Part shown: piece after piece, positions 47,501 to 57,100 of the stretch
How positions within the stretch are numbered: position 1 is the stretch's first letter
Layout of the letters: each line of letters starts with the position of its first letter
From: Bradymonadales bacterium
GTDB taxonomy: Bacteria; Myxococcota_A; Bradymonadia; JAFGEP01
DNA length: 64,000 bases
Direction of reading: 5' to 3'
Assembly (NCBI GenBank): GCA_016931535.1
Contig: JAFGEP010000157.1
Span: 917 to 64,916, forward strand
Notes under the pieces: generated by a model
Seen by the model: the letters and a program-made list of their open reading frames with translations, nothing else
Database searches by the model: none
Told to the model about the DNA's origin: nothing
Position numbers and translations under genes: made by a program

Positions 47501-47756
47501 CGGCGGCAAGGGTCCAGGGTGTAGAGAGGCTGTTGTCGGTGGAGTAGAGCTGGCCTTCGAACAGGATGGAGGCCTGGCAGATGTCGGAGTATTGCCAGCC
47601 TTTGGGGAGGATCTTGACCACCCCTTCGAAGACGGAGGCGAGCGTGGCATCGGGCTGGTTGCAGAGTTCTTCGACCTGGTAGAGGCAGCTCAACTCCTTG
47701 GTGCGTTCCTGCAAGGATGTCAACAGCTTGTCGACGGGGCTGGAGGGTTCACTCAT
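44562..47756 (-). CDS. Multidomain protein: N-terminal GAF-like region + PEP-synthase/PPDK N-terminal (ATP-grasp-like, PPDK_N) domain + C-terminal Pol-beta-type nucleotidyltransferase domain
   Basis: GGKGAGLFLAARIL and IIVRSSSLLEDRFGTAFSGKYKSLFL match the GGKxxxL and VRSSAxxEDxxxxSFAGQ motifs of the PEP synthase/PPDK nucleotide-binding domain. No GGxxSHAA phosphohistidine motif. C-terminal LYLFGSTKNASAGPGSDIDLLLHI is a GS...D.D nucleotidyltransferase signature. 1064 aa. Confidence 0.7.
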   Translation of the reverse strand: MSEPSSPVDKLLTSLQERTKELSCLYQVEELCNQPDATLASVFEGVVKILPKGWQYSDICQASILFEGQLYSTDNSLSTPWTLAADILVHNQVLGRLTVYYTESRPTADVGPFLKEEEQLLQSVARRLGQFALYLQMKSARQELEQVHKAPSPDRRGEWRGPLRLLRQSDRSLYVRIARKLLNYLCGIGIEEAQQRLLEWDPCPIGSAENSGEVNYPGRKRAVDNEWLASDHPFELASKYLTDEEILSRVQRWFQEDNLGAILKVLNNMHAPLPDVADALRRFRAMVAESESLSQHISNGLRVSLTRRILTEQIDFIVVAKEYLDVRDFAPLLDHLVSTPEGQGKLGGKGAGLFLAARILEKAKGQEPQLPPFKIPSTWYVASSGIKDFIVYNDLEEMFEHKYKEVEQIRQDYPNIVQLFKNSCFPPDLVRGLSLAISDLGDVPIIVRSSSLLEDRFGTAFSGKYKSLFLANQGALQERLSALLDAIAEIYASIFSPDPIEYRRQHGLLDFDEEMGVLLQEVVGTRVGRYFLPAFAGVAFSNNEFRWSPRIKREDGLIRLVPGLGTRAVDRLGDDYPILAVPGQPNLRVNVSIEELLRYCPRQIDVINLQTGSFQTLAIQDLLLEVGSEFPAFESIFSLLRDNHLTRPLALLFDPETDQAVATFDGLITNSHFVQKTGSILKVLQEALGHPVDIEFAHDGTDFYLLQCRPQYVSQGDTPAPIPKDIHPQDIVFTANQHVSNGWIPDITHVVYVDPMRYGDLPSRQEMLSVGRAISRLNTLLPKRQFILMGPGRWGSRGDIKLGVSVTYSDINNTAMLVEIARKKGNYVPDLSFGTHFFQDLVESSIRYLPLYPDNPGIFFNERLLRGAPNLLPKILPEFASLADTIRVVDIPATTGDRILRILMNADLEEAIGFLTSPGERKDHIPEYQSGTQHHADEHWRWRWKMAAQVASDLDPARFGVQALYLFGSTKNASAGPGSDIDLLLHIRSTPAQRQALLDWLEGWSLCLSEVNYLKTGYRTNGLLDIHLVTDQDIAKRTSFAVKINAITDPARRLALKGEPPVPV

Positions 47757-49509
47757 GGTGTTTCACCACCGCTCTTGCCCGACGTCCATCGGCCTGGACG
47801 AACAGTGGCACCGATGTGCGGACATGCTTGACGAACCGGCCTTCCGCGATGGTCTCTTGGCGGGAGAGCCAATCGTAATCAATACCATAGCGGCCGGCAT
47901 GGGGTAGGGAAAGGTAGAGGACCCGAAAAGCGATCAGGTTGTGGAAGAAGTGGGAGCCCTGACTCAGATCGGGGTTGACCTCGGGAAGTGTGGCCTCGAC
48001 GATGACCTGTGCGCCGCAGATCTGTCCCCACTCGACCGGGATCCCCATCCAGGGGTCGGTGCTGCCCCATCTTCCGAAGCCGATGAGGAGGTAGGGTCGG
48101 GATTCCGCGAGGAGAACGCGGTTTCGCTGCTCGATCTCGGCTGCGATCTGGTGGGTATAGCTCGTGTCGAACGCCTCGGGCTTGACGAACACCACATCCT
48201 GGATGGAGCGGCAGATGCCGTGGCCGAGGACGGACTGGGAGGCCAGAAGCACATCGGGGCCTTGCATCTCGTGGGGTTCCAGGGAGATGGCCTGGTCATA
48301 GAGCATCATGGGCCTGACCTGCAGAAACCCCAGCTGAGCGGGCGGCTTTCCTCTGGGATCGAGGTTGACCGCGAACTCGATCTCGACATCGGACTGGAGG
48401 GTGTGACGGGCGAGGTCGAGCAGGCGTCTGATCAGCGGGTTGAGCGGCAGGCGCTGGGAGACCAGGAGGGGGGCGAAGGTGAGGATGCGCGGCCCAGGTC
48501 GGCCGATGCCGGGGAACAGCCGGTCGGAGCGTGGGTCGTAGGTGGAGGCGATCAGATCGAGGGAACCTTCTCGCTCGGCCTGCTCGAGGGGGGCCCTGAC
48601 CAGGTACTCGGTTTCGCGGATGGGGTCGGGCATGGGGGGGGGACCCATGTGAACGGCCCAGTACTCGGTCTGGGTGTTCTTGAGCATGTCGGAGAGGCTC
48701 TTGTAGGGGGGGGGCGCCTTGGGACGGGTGGGGGCGTAGGTCCAGCAGATCCCACCATCCACGATGGTCTTCCCCAGGCCGAGGGCCAGATTGACGACGC
48801 CGTCCTCCGGGTTGGTCCCCGAGGTGGGGTAATAGTTGAAGGAGCGGGCCACTCCGGAGAGCGTTGGATAGAAGCGGTTGTGGCGGCGTTGGCCCACGAT
48901 CTCCTGGATGATGACCGCCATGCCCTCGATGTCCGGAGGCTGGCCGATGGAGCGGAGGTAGCTCTTGGCGGCACGGAAAAAGGTGGAAGCGTAGACGAAC
49001 TTGATCGCCTCGACCAGCTTGCGGAAACGGGTGTCGATGTCCGGCTGGTTGTTGGGGATCATCTTGGTGGCGTAGACGCCGGCAAAGGGGTGGTCGAGTT
49101 GGTCCTCCAACAGGCTGGAGGAGCGGACGGCAAGGGGGGAGTGCACCTGGGTGATGAGGGCACGGAGATCGCCCAGGATGAGAGGCGAGAGGTCGGCCTT
49201 CTGGAAGGCATGGGCGATCCGGTCATCGGGCTGATCGGACAGAGCGATGGGGTAGAGGTCGTTGTGACGCAAGAAGGTGTGGAAGGTATCGGTGGCCAGC
49301 ACCGCAGCGATGGGCACGCGCACCTGGAAATCGGGATGTGTGTCGGGCGACAGGGCGGACAGGATCTTCTGCTGGATCAGGACCAGGCCGGACGCTTTGC
49401 CGCCCAGTGCGCCAGAGCCGATGCGGCTGAGGACCTGGGAGGGGTCGAAGAACTGGCGATTGAAGGGGGGGATGGAGGATTCGGCGGCGAGCGGCATCAG
49501 ACTCTCCAC
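47749..49509 (-). CDS. PEP-synthase/PPDK N-terminal (PPDK_N) domain protein, paralog of the N-terminal ATP-grasp module of the downstream gene
   Basis: GGKASGLVLIQ and LAVRSSSLLEDQLDHPFAGVYATKMIP motifs. Second-half motifs (LIGFGRWGSTDPWMGIPV...SQGSHFFHNLI) align with LMGPGRWGSRGDIKLGVSV...SFGTHFFQDLV in the neighbour. No phosphohistidine domain seen. 8-bp overlap with the next gene. Confidence 0.7.
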   Translation of the reverse strand: MESLMPLAAESSIPPFNRQFFDPSQVLSRIGSGALGGKASGLVLIQQKILSALSPDTHPDFQVRVPIAAVLATDTFHTFLRHNDLYPIALSDQPDDRIAHAFQKADLSPLILGDLRALITQVHSPLAVRSSSLLEDQLDHPFAGVYATKMIPNNQPDIDTRFRKLVEAIKFVYASTFFRAAKSYLRSIGQPPDIEGMAVIIQEIVGQRRHNRFYPTLSGVARSFNYYPTSGTNPEDGVVNLALGLGKTIVDGGICWTYAPTRPKAPPPYKSLSDMLKNTQTEYWAVHMGPPPMPDPIRETEYLVRAPLEQAEREGSLDLIASTYDPRSDRLFPGIGRPGPRILTFAPLLVSQRLPLNPLIRRLLDLARHTLQSDVEIEFAVNLDPRGKPPAQLGFLQVRPMMLYDQAISLEPHEMQGPDVLLASQSVLGHGICRSIQDVVFVKPEAFDTSYTHQIAAEIEQRNRVLLAESRPYLLIGFGRWGSTDPWMGIPVEWGQICGAQVIVEATLPEVNPDLSQGSHFFHNLIAFRVLYLSLPHAGRYGIDYDWLSRQETIAEGRFVKHVRTSVPLFVQADGRRARAVVKHHE

Positions 49510-49610
49510 GGGGTCAGGCGCCTCGGGGGGCGGGAGGCCCGGGCCGGGGTGTGCTTGCCCGAGGGTTGGGGGCGGGTGGGGACAGGCAGCGGCACGGGGA
49601 GGGGGTCAAC

Positions 49611-50900
49611 TCATACCCAGCCCCGGTCGCGGCAGGCCTCGGCCACCCGGCTGACGGAGATCACATAGGCGGCATCGCGCATGAACAGTTTTTTCTTGCG
49701 AGCCAGCTCGTAGACCGAGGCGAAGGCGGAGGTCATCTTGATGTCCAGCTTGCCGAGCACCTCGTCGATCTCCCAGTAGTAGTTCATGTTGCTCTGGACC
49801 TGCTCGAAGTAGCTGCAGGTGACGCCGCCGGCGTTGGCCAGGAAGTCGGGGATGAGGAAGATCTCGCGCTTCTGGATGACCTGGTCGGCATCGGGTGTGG
49901 TAGGTCCGTTGGCCCCTTCGGCGATGACGCGCACCTTGGGGTGAACGCGTTCGACGTTGTCGGCGGTGACCTGGTTTTCGAGGGCGGCGGGGATGAGGAT
50001 GTCGACCTCCTGTTCGATCCACTGGGGTCCGGCAAGGATCTCGTAGCCGAAGTCGCGGGCCTTGTTCTTGTCGATCCCGCCGAAGCGATCGGTGATGGAG
50101 CGGAGGGTCTGGAGGTTCACGCCGTCGGCCTTGCGGAAGGTATAGGAGGTGCTGTCGGTCTGATCCCAGCAGGAGACGGCGACCACGGTGCCGCCGATCT
50201 GGTTGTACAGCTCGATGGTGTGCTGGGCGACATTGCCGAACCCCTGGACGCTGGCGGTGGTGTTTTCGGGTCGGATGTTGAGCTCCTTGAGCGCCTCACG
50301 CAGGGTATAGACGACGCCATAGCCGGTGGCCTGGGTACGGCCGACCGAGCCGCCCATCCCCACCGGTTTCCCGGTGATGACGCCAGGGTGGTGGCCTCCG
50401 TGAATGGCCTCGTACTCATCGAGCATCCAGAGCATGTGTTGGGGGTTGGTCCAGACGTCGGGTGCGGGGACATCGACGAGCGGTCCGATCTCGCGGGCGA
50501 GGGCGCGGATGTAGGCGCGGCAGAGGCGTTCCTGCTCGCGCATGCTGAGGTGGTGGGGATCGCAGATGATCCCGCCTTTGGAGCCGCCGAGGGGGATTTC
50601 GACCACGGAGCATTTCCAGGTCATCCACATGGCGAGGGCGCGGATGGTATCGATGGTTTCCTGGGGATGGAACCGGATGCCGCCTTTGCCGGGTCCCCGC
50701 GCGTCGTTGTGAAGGACGCGGAAACCGCGGAAAATTCTGACGGCGTTGTCATCCATGCGGACGGGCAAGAGGAAGTGATGCTCCTTGACAGGAGAGCGGA
50801 GCAGCTCACGGGTGGCTGCATCGAGGCCGATGAGATCGGCGATTCGATCGAACTGTGCTCTGGCCATCTCGAATGGATTGAAGGACCCTTGTGCGGACAT
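49611..50900 (-). CDS. gdhA: Glutamate dehydrogenase (Glu/Leu/Phe/Val dehydrogenase family)
   Basis: GPGKGGIRFHP active-site glycine-rich motif. NAD(P)-binding GFGNVAQ. About 429 aa from the Met preceded by a GGGAG RBS. The start coordinate is uncertain by 1-2 nt. The ORF extends further upstream through a Pro-rich stretch. Confidence 0.85.
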   Translation of the reverse strand: MSAQGSFNPFEMARAQFDRIADLIGLDAATRELLRSPVKEHHFLLPVRMDDNAVRIFRGFRVLHNDARGPGKGGIRFHPQETIDTIRALAMWMTWKCSVVEIPLGGSKGGIICDPHHLSMREQERLCRAYIRALAREIGPLVDVPAPDVWTNPQHMLWMLDEYEAIHGGHHPGVITGKPVGMGGSVGRTQATGYGVVYTLREALKELNIRPENTTASVQGFGNVAQHTIELYNQIGGTVVAVSCWDQTDSTSYTFRKADGVNLQTLRSITDRFGGIDKNKARDFGYEILAGPQWIEQEVDILIPAALENQVTADNVERVHPKVRVIAEGANGPTTPDADQVIQKREIFLIPDFLANAGGVTCSYFEQVQSNMNYYWEIDEVLGKLDIKMTSAFASVYELARKKKLFMRDAAYVISVSRVAEACRDRGWV

Positions 50901-51178
50901 GATGATGACTCCCATGAACAAAGGGTAAGTAATGAACGGTACGTTTACCGCGCCGGCAGGGAAAGTCAAGCCGCACAGGGGTTGAGGTTGCGCCAGGGAC
51001 GAAAGGGGGCGAGGACCGACCGGGCGCGGGATGGTGGAATCATCCACAGTTGTTGTTCCAGGGAAGGGTCTGTAGTAACATGAGCGACAATCCGCAGGGT
51101 TTGTCACAGGTACCGCCCTGCAGGGGGTGGGCATCGGGAGCAGGCCTGGCGGATTTTTCACAAGGCAAAAGCGTGGTG

Positions 51179-52885
51179 ATGCAACAAGAGGTATTCAACG
51201 GGTTTCAGCCTGGCGACGTGGTCGATGGTCGCTATGAGATCGTGGACACCATCGGACAGGGTGGATTCGGTATCGTGTATCGAGCCCGCCAGGTGGCCAT
51301 CGGCCGGATGGTCGCATTGAAGGTGCTGCTTCCCGAGGCCGACACGGTGGATCCGATGGCGGTGGAGCGGTTCAAGCGGGAAGCGATGCTGATCAGCAGC
51401 CTGGAGAGCCCCAACACCATTACCTTGATCGAGTTTGGCCAGACCCGGCAGGGGGTGCTGTACACGGTGATGGAGTTCGCCAAGGGCATCACCTTGCGGG
51501 ATATGCTGGCGCAGCAGGGCAAGCTCCCACCTGAACGGACGGTGCATATCGTGCGACAGGTGTTGACCAGCCTGCACGAGGCGCACCTCAGGGGGATTGT
51601 CCATCGGGATCTCAAGCCGGCCAACATCATGATCGGCGAGTTCGCCGGACAAAAAGACCACGTGAAGGTGCTGGACTTCGGCATCGCCAAGATCCTGAAG
51701 TCCGGCGCAGACACGCAGAGCACGCTGGCCTTGACCGGGCGGATCGTGGGAACCCCCAAGTACATGTCGCCCGAGCAGATCCGTGGGGTGACCCCCACGC
51801 CGGCTGCCGACCTGTATGCCATGGGCCTGATCTTGTACGAGATGTTGACCGGGGTGCCGGCGATTCAGGCCACCGAACCGATGGAACAGGTAGAGGCCCA
51901 GCTGCGCAAGGAGGACATCACCCTGCCGCCCAATCTGCCCGGCGTACCGTCGGCGCTGGTCAACGTGGTCAACCGCGCGCTCAAGAAAAATGCTACGGAG
52001 CGGTTCAACTCGGCCGAGGACTTCATCCAGGCCATGGACGGAGCGATATCGAAACAGCAGGTGGTGGGCGGCCTGGCAGCAGCGGTGACGGTCCAGCGGC
52101 AGGCGGTGGTTCCGGTGGCCGGCTCCAGCCTGAATGTGGGCGGCCAGCGGATCATCGGGGCGCCATCCGCCACTGGGGCCACCCTGGCCCAGCCGGAGGA
52201 AGAAGGGGGCAGCTCGTTGGGACCCTACCTGATCGTGGCGGTCATCCTGTTCCTGGTGGCGGCGGCAGGGACGGTCTTCATGATGATCCGAAGCAAGTCG
52301 GGAGGGGGGGCATCCGCGCCGGAGGGTTTCGACGCGGCGCTGCAGCAGACCGGTGTGGGCGAACCCGATGCCGCCATGGCCCTGGCCGAGACCGATCTGC
52401 CCTCCAGTCCGGGGCTGGAGCCCGACCTCGGTGTGGCGGCGCTGGGTTCGCCGGACCAGGGGGTCGGAGAGGCGGACGCGGGAGTCATGCAAGGGGCTCC
52501 GGATACGGTCGAGGAACCGGTCGCATACCCGGTGCCCCCGGTAGAGGTTCCGCCACCGCAGGAGCCTTCGGTGGCGAGAGAAATCCCACCCGTCGAGGTA
52601 ACACAGCCACCGGTTCCGCCCACGCAACCCGTGGTGCCGCGGACCGTGGAGGTCGAGATCGTGACCAGCCCGAGCCGAGCGCGCGTCACGGTGGGGCGCG
52701 ATCGGGTCTGCAGCAGCACGCCCTGTACCATCGAGGTGCCAGCAGACGGCAGTATTTCAGCCCGGATATCCCGGTCGGGCTACGAGTCGGAACGGGTCGA
52801 TATTTCGGCCAGCGATGCGCCTCGCATCGAGGTGCGGTTGAGAGAGCGGGAGCCAGAGGAAGAAGAGATCGTGCCCATTGACTAA
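51179..52885 (+). CDS. Ser/Thr protein kinase with TM segment and C-terminal PEGA domain
   Basis: GQGGFGIVY, ALKVL, HRDLKPANIM, DFGIAK and MSPEQ motifs. TM segment YLIVAVILFLVAAAG. C-terminal PEGA-like VEVEIVTSPSRARVTV...GYESERVDI. An alternative upstream ATG at 51080 is possible. Confidence 0.8.
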   Translation: MQQEVFNGFQPGDVVDGRYEIVDTIGQGGFGIVYRARQVAIGRMVALKVLLPEADTVDPMAVERFKREAMLISSLESPNTITLIEFGQTRQGVLYTVMEFAKGITLRDMLAQQGKLPPERTVHIVRQVLTSLHEAHLRGIVHRDLKPANIMIGEFAGQKDHVKVLDFGIAKILKSGADTQSTLALTGRIVGTPKYMSPEQIRGVTPTPAADLYAMGLILYEMLTGVPAIQATEPMEQVEAQLRKEDITLPPNLPGVPSALVNVVNRALKKNATERFNSAEDFIQAMDGAISKQQVVGGLAAAVTVQRQAVVPVAGSSLNVGGQRIIGAPSATGATLAQPEEEGGSSLGPYLIVAVILFLVAAAGTVFMMIRSKSGGGASAPEGFDAALQQTGVGEPDAAMALAETDLPSSPGLEPDLGVAALGSPDQGVGEADAGVMQGAPDTVEEPVAYPVPPVEVPPPQEPSVAREIPPVEVTQPPVPPTQPVVPRTVEVEIVTSPSRARVTVGRDRVCSSTPCTIEVPADGSISARISRSGYESERVDISASDAPRIEVRLREREPEEEEIVPID

Positions 52886-52898
52886 GCAGGAGCTAGCC

Positions 52899-53975
52899 AT
52901 GCGTTCAGTGATACAGTTGGTCCTTGTGCTCGCCATGTGGACAGCGGCAGTAGCCCAGGCCCAGCAGCATCCCGATCCGGCCACCATGGATGCTGCCGGC
53001 AGACACGAGTACGCAGTGCAGCTGACCCAGCAGGCAAACGACGCCTATCGGGACGATCGGTTCCAGGAAGCGGCCGACCTGTACCTGCTGGCCTACGAGT
53101 ACGAGCAGACCCCCGTCTTGTTGTTCAACACCGGTCGAGCCTACCACCGCGCGGGGAGGAGCGCGGTGGCGGTGGAGTTCTACTGGATGGCGTTGGAGAC
53201 CAACGAGCTGGACGAGGACACGACCCAGAGGGCGCAAGACTATGTCCAGCAGCTATTTGACGAGGCGGTCGATTCGGCGATGCGGGACAGCATCAACAAC
53301 TACCTGGATCGGGCCGCGGCCGCCGAGGGTGCGGCCAATCACGCACAGGCGGCGCGTTTGTACCTCCAGGCCTACCAGCTCCCACCCGACCCTATTTTCT
53401 CGGATCTGGACATCCTGGTCTCCAACGCCGATCAGCTACTGTTGGCCGACGACTACGAAGGAGCCATGACCGCCTACCGCCAGGTGCTGGACAATCGGTG
53501 GGTGGAAGAGGAGCAGCGCTTGCGGGCCGATGAAGGCTTGCAGGTGGCGACGGAGCGGCAGCGGCTGGCGACCGCCGTGGCAGAGGAGCCGGAAGTGCCG
53601 GTGGAGCCGCCGAGCAAGGGTCTGAGCGGGCTCCAGATCACCGGGCTGGTGGTGGCCGGCGCGGGGGTGGCGACCCTGGTGGGGGGCATCATCGTGGACG
53701 CGGGGTTGTCCGGGACCATCGACGACTACGAAGCGGCTGCCGAGGCGGGTGATTCCGAGCAGTACAGCAGTCTGGCCGACGACATCGACTCGGGGCAGAC
53801 GCTGGCCATGATCCTGTACATCGGGGGAGGCGTCCTGGTGGGAGCGGGCACCGTGCTGTTTTTGGTCGGTGGATCGGACGACGAGCCGGCGGCCGGGGAG
53901 GGCTCTCCAGAGACCTCCTTGTTGCCGAGGGTGGCCCCCATGGGGCATGGCCTCGGTCTGCACTGGGAATTCTAG
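52899..53975 (+). CDS. Secreted TPR-like protein with C-terminal hydrophobic segments
   Basis: AGGAG RBS. Signal peptide MRSVIQLVLVLAMWTAAVAQA. Helical repeats (AADLYLLAYEYEQ, AARLYLQAYQL). Two C-terminal hydrophobic stretches. Sits immediately after the kinase. Confidence 0.5.
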   Translation: MRSVIQLVLVLAMWTAAVAQAQQHPDPATMDAAGRHEYAVQLTQQANDAYRDDRFQEAADLYLLAYEYEQTPVLLFNTGRAYHRAGRSAVAVEFYWMALETNELDEDTTQRAQDYVQQLFDEAVDSAMRDSINNYLDRAAAAEGAANHAQAARLYLQAYQLPPDPIFSDLDILVSNADQLLLADDYEGAMTAYRQVLDNRWVEEEQRLRADEGLQVATERQRLATAVAEEPEVPVEPPSKGLSGLQITGLVVAGAGVATLVGGIIVDAGLSGTIDDYEAAAEAGDSEQYSSLADDIDSGQTLAMILYIGGGVLVGAGTVLFLVGGSDDEPAAGEGSPETSLLPRVAPMGHGLGLHWEF

Positions 53976-54155
53976 TCATCTCACCTCACGTATCGTTCCT
54001 TCCAGTCAACCCGATGAGCCGGAAAGAGGGAGGCGCTCCTTTTTGGGAGGGTCATCTCGTGGCGGTTTATGGAGTAAGGGCCGTGTGGGGTGATTGCACC
54101 ATTTCGGCAGTCCGACTATGCTATTTGCCAGCGAACACCAGGGGGAATATGGGTC

Positions 54156-57100
54156 ATGAGCTTGAACCGAACTGCCTGCTTCTGTTTTCTGTTGAGTCTG
54201 GGAACGTGGTCCATCTTCGGTTGTCCCGAGGACAAGGAGCCCTCCGACTGGCTGTGCGATTGTGAGCCCGGCCAGATCTGCCGTGATGGGGTCTGCTATC
54301 CAGCCGACGCCGGTGGCGATGCGGGCGACATGGGACAGGACTGGGAGTTTGTGGACAACCCAGACTGCCCGGCCAGCGGCATGGTCATCAATGAGCTGGT
54401 CTATGATCCGATCACGGGAACCCCGGAATGGGTGGAGGTGATGGGTCCGCCGCTGCGGGATCTTTCGGGCTTTCGTCTGGTGCACATCAACGGCACGGGG
54501 GGCGGCACTCTGTTCGACATCCCGCTGTCCGGCGGCCTGGGGACCGACGGGTTCTTTCTCCTGGCCGCCTCGGCCATGGATGGTGCCGATCAGCTCAGCG
54601 AGGAGCTGGTGCTGCAAAACGGTCCCGACAACTTGCGGCTGCTGGATTGCGGCGGCCAGACCGTGGACGCGGTCGGGTACGGCAACTTCACCGCCACCCA
54701 GGTGTTTGCCGGGGAGGGAAGCCCGGCGGAGTCGACGGGCAGAGGTCCATCGCTGTCGCGCTGTCCCGGAGCGGTGGACACCGGCGACAACGGCGCCGAC
54801 TTCCACATCGCGGACCAGCCAACCCCGGCCGCCGAGAATGCCAACTTCAGGGATGTCTTCGCCTGCGAAGCCTGCGAGGGGGGAACCTTCGACGGCAAGG
54901 TGGTCATCAACGAGGTCCTGTACGACCCGACGGGCAGCGACTCGGTGACCACCGAGTTCATCGAGCTGAGGGGCGACGCCGGCCTGAGTATCTTCGGTTT
55001 GACCGTGGAGCTGGTCAACGGATCGGATAACGAAGTGTACCGGAGCTTCACGCTGGACGGCCGGATCAACGACGACGGGCTGTACACCATCGGGGGTGAT
55101 CCCCAGTGGAGCGATTTCTCCCTTCCTGTGACCCTCCAGAACGGGCCGGACAGCATCCGGCTGGTGGACTGCGAGGGGGCGGTGGTCGATGCGTTAGCCT
55201 ACGGGACGTTCGAGGCCACCGAGTTTCCGGCCGGTGAGGGGGCGAGTGCGGCGGCGGTGGGTCAGGGCTACTCGGTGGCGAGGTGTGCCGGGGAGACCTT
55301 GGCGGAGATCGACAGCAACGATAACGCCACCGACTTTTTCGAGGCCACCCCGACCCCGTTTGCGGCTAATACCGGGTTCACCGACGAGCTGGCCTGTGGG
55401 GGAAGTTCCAGCTGTGTGAGCGGGGCGTTCGACGGCAAGGTGGTGATCAACGAGATCCTGTACGATCCCACGGGGAGCGACTCGGTAACGACCGAGTTTT
55501 TGGAGCTGAGAGGGGCGCCGGGTCTGAATCTGGCCGGATTGACCGTGCACATGGTCAACGGCTCCAGTGGCGACATCTACCAGAGCTTCGCCCTGAGTGG
55601 GCAGATCAACGAGGACGGTCTTTTTACCATCGGGGGAGCCGCGGAGCTCTCCAACTTTGCCCTACTCGGGACCATCCAGAACGGGCCGGACAGCGTCCAG
55701 CTGTTGGACTGCGAGGGATCGGTAGTGGATGCCCTGGCCTATGGGACCTTCGATCTCACCGAGTTTCCGGCCGGCGAGGGGACCAGCGCCGAGGGAGTCG
55801 GACAGAACCACTCGCTGGCAAGATGTCCGGGGGCAACGCTGGCCGAGATCGACAGCAACAACAACGCGGCCGACTTTCACGAGGCGACGCCCTCCCCGTT
55901 TGTGGCCAACACCGGCTTCACCGACATTCGTGCCTGCGGCGGCACCGGCTGCGAACCGGGGCTGTTGACGGGGCGGCTGCACCTCAACGAGCTTTTACCA
56001 GGCGAATCCGGTTTCGTGGAGGTCCGGGGGGAAGCCAACCTGGGGTTGGCGGACACCAGCGTCGTGGTCCTGGACGGCGCCGGCACGGAACTCGGCGTGC
56101 TCGATCTGACCGGCTCGCTGGACGGTAATGGTTATGCGGCGGTGGATGTGACGGTCATTCCTTCGGCGGGAGGTACTCTCAAGCTGCGGGACTGCGAGGA
56201 TGTGGTGATCGACGCCGTGGCGTGGGGCGTGGGTGCCAGCCTCCAAGGCGAGGGGCCCGCGGCACCGGCACCCGCTGCCGGCCAATCGTTGGGCCGCTGT
56301 CCACAAGCCTCGGACACCAACAACAACTACGCAGATTTCAAGCTGATCGCGACCCCTACCCGTGGGGTCGAGAACACCAACTTCGTCAATCCGGAGGACT
56401 GTGGGATCACGGTTTGCGTGCCTGGAGCACTGAATGGCAAGGTGGTTTTGAACGAGCTGCTGTACGATCCGGTGGGCACCGACAGTGTGGGCCCAACCTT
56501 CATCGAGCTCAGGGGTGAGGCGGGGACCGATCTGACCGATGCGCAGCTCCAGTTTTTCAGTGGATCCGGCACCCCGGGGCGAACCTTGACCTTGGGGGGG
56601 GTCATTCCCGCCAGTGGCTACTACGTGGTGGGTCAGAACCTGAGCATCACCCCCGACATCACCAATAACTTCGCCGATCTGACCAACACCGGAGGGTTCG
56701 TTTTGCTGGTGGACTGTGCCGAGGGGGTGGTGGACGCCGTGGGCTACGGTGCGGTCACGGCCACCGGTCTGGGGGAGGACCTGCCGGCCCAAGGGACAGC
56801 CACCAACAGCGGACAGAGCCTGGTTCGATGCGCAGGGGACACGTTAGGGGAGATCGACAGCGGCCACAACTCGGAGGACTTCGATATCTCTACCACCCCC
56901 ACGCCAGGGGAGCTGAACAGCGGGTTTTCCGGGCGGGTCTGTGAGGCCGGTCCCTGTACCACCCCTCTGACCGACCTGGTGGTGATCAACGAGTTCATGC
57001 CGGACGAACCCGGGGGCGAGAGCGGATCGCACTATAGCTTTGTGGAGCTGCGGGGTGTACCGGGCACTTCCCTGGCCAATTCCCGCCTGGAGCTCGTCAA

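Noticed and set aside
51050-51178. Longer N-terminus (from ATG 51050 or 51080) for the second Ser/Thr kinase
   Set aside because: The extra 40+ residues are Gly/Cys/Trp-rich and precede the usual short N-terminal lead into RYEIVxxIGxGGFG. The internal Met at 51179 fits better, though 51080 cannot be excluded.
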